Positions 63,346 through 64,000 of a DNA stretch of 64,000 nucleotides are shown one piece after another. Made by a program: the position numbers and the translations under genes. Source of the stretch: Azolla caroliniana (taxonomy: Eukaryota; Plantae; Polypodiophyta); the NCBI GenBank assembly GCA_043228905.1, contig JBHGNT010000014.1, forward strand, positions 3,038,001-3,102,000. The letters run 5' to 3'. Numbering within the stretch: the stretch's first letter is position 1; every line of letters starts with the position of its first letter. The notes beneath the pieces were generated by a model, which saw nothing but the letters and a program-made list of their open reading frames with translations, did not search any database and had not been told where the DNA came from.

Positions 63346-64000
63346 CATCTCTTTTGTATATAACACTTTTTTATTGTACATTTTGTAGCCTTCCATTCAT
63401 TCATGACCATAGATCTAATTTTAGATTTGTTTTGAATTGCACGCCAATGGCAATACAACATATGTGATAAAGATGTTGGGTTATGACTTTAGGGTATTGG
63501 TTTATGAATTCAACCAATTTGGATATTGGCCAAAGAAGAACGATAAGAAGTAGAGTACGAAGACTCGATCGTGATAAACAAATGCAAGCTACTTCAATAG
63601 GGAGGCACATGTGGGAGGATGTGTAGGTTCAATGGGGGTGAGCTTCGTGTTGCCTTCACGCACATTGTGAAGTGACACTAAAAAATATGGTCTACAATTT
63701 GTGACTGTATGATATCAATTGGAAAAGATCAAGTAGCTTAGAAAATGTGCACATTACAAATGTTTGTAATGTTGTAAATATTAATGTGCCATCTCACTAA
63801 GGCTAGAGAGGTACATAAAAAAGGTACATGCATCTCATCTTGTAATACTTGGCCCACAATAAATTTAGAGAGAGCTAAAGTGGAAAAGGCAACACATTAA
63901 GTAACTTACACCAATTGCGGAAGGTATAAATCGGGCTTACATAGGAGTATTGAGGATCCATTCTCGATTATTTATGAATTACTATTTGGGTTCTACTATC

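Noticed and set aside
63345-64000. Possible gene at the window end
   Set aside because: AT-rich, only a short ORF with no recognisable motif.

Overview
Eukaryotic, plant-type heterochromatic DNA. TTTAGGG motifs, Tcn1-like chromoviruses and the gag types suggest a non-seed land plant, probably a fern; this is inferred. Almost all of 4328-60605 is one nest of transposons, resolved by LTR/TIR ends and target-site duplications (TSDs). A truncated non-chromovirus Ty3/gypsy (D) has a chromoviral Ty3/gypsy (F, 4426-57193, -) in its 3' LTR. F carries three insertions: a 13-kb TIR element with an 8-bp TSD (itself holding a full-length L1-type LINE inside a TA/TG satellite), a Ty1/copia (A), and a non-autonomous tRNA-Trp-primed LTR element (H). 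H in turn carries a gypsy with an extra ORF (C), a second chromovirus (E) and a second copia (B), and C, B and A each hold a solo or partial LTR. Outside the nest lie another chromovirus end (1-792), an intron-containing ParB-like + beta-class N6A/N4C DNA methyltransferase pseudogene (793-3076) and a decayed LINE (about 60990-63345). No intact host gene is present. Top observations: (1) gypsy elements C and D lack a polypurine tract and instead have a sense copy of a tRNA-Arg 3' end (...CCA) next to the 3' LTR, which suggests tRNA-primed plus-strand synthesis; (2) the ParB-amino-methyltransferase gene; (3) antisense tRNA-like Pol III cassettes inside LTRs of several families; (4) covarying Tf1-style self-priming sites and a conserved -1 frameshift pseudoknot in the chromoviruses; (5) telomeric filler at a duplication junction. 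All alignments were done by eye, and tRNA identities are from memory of plant tRNAs.
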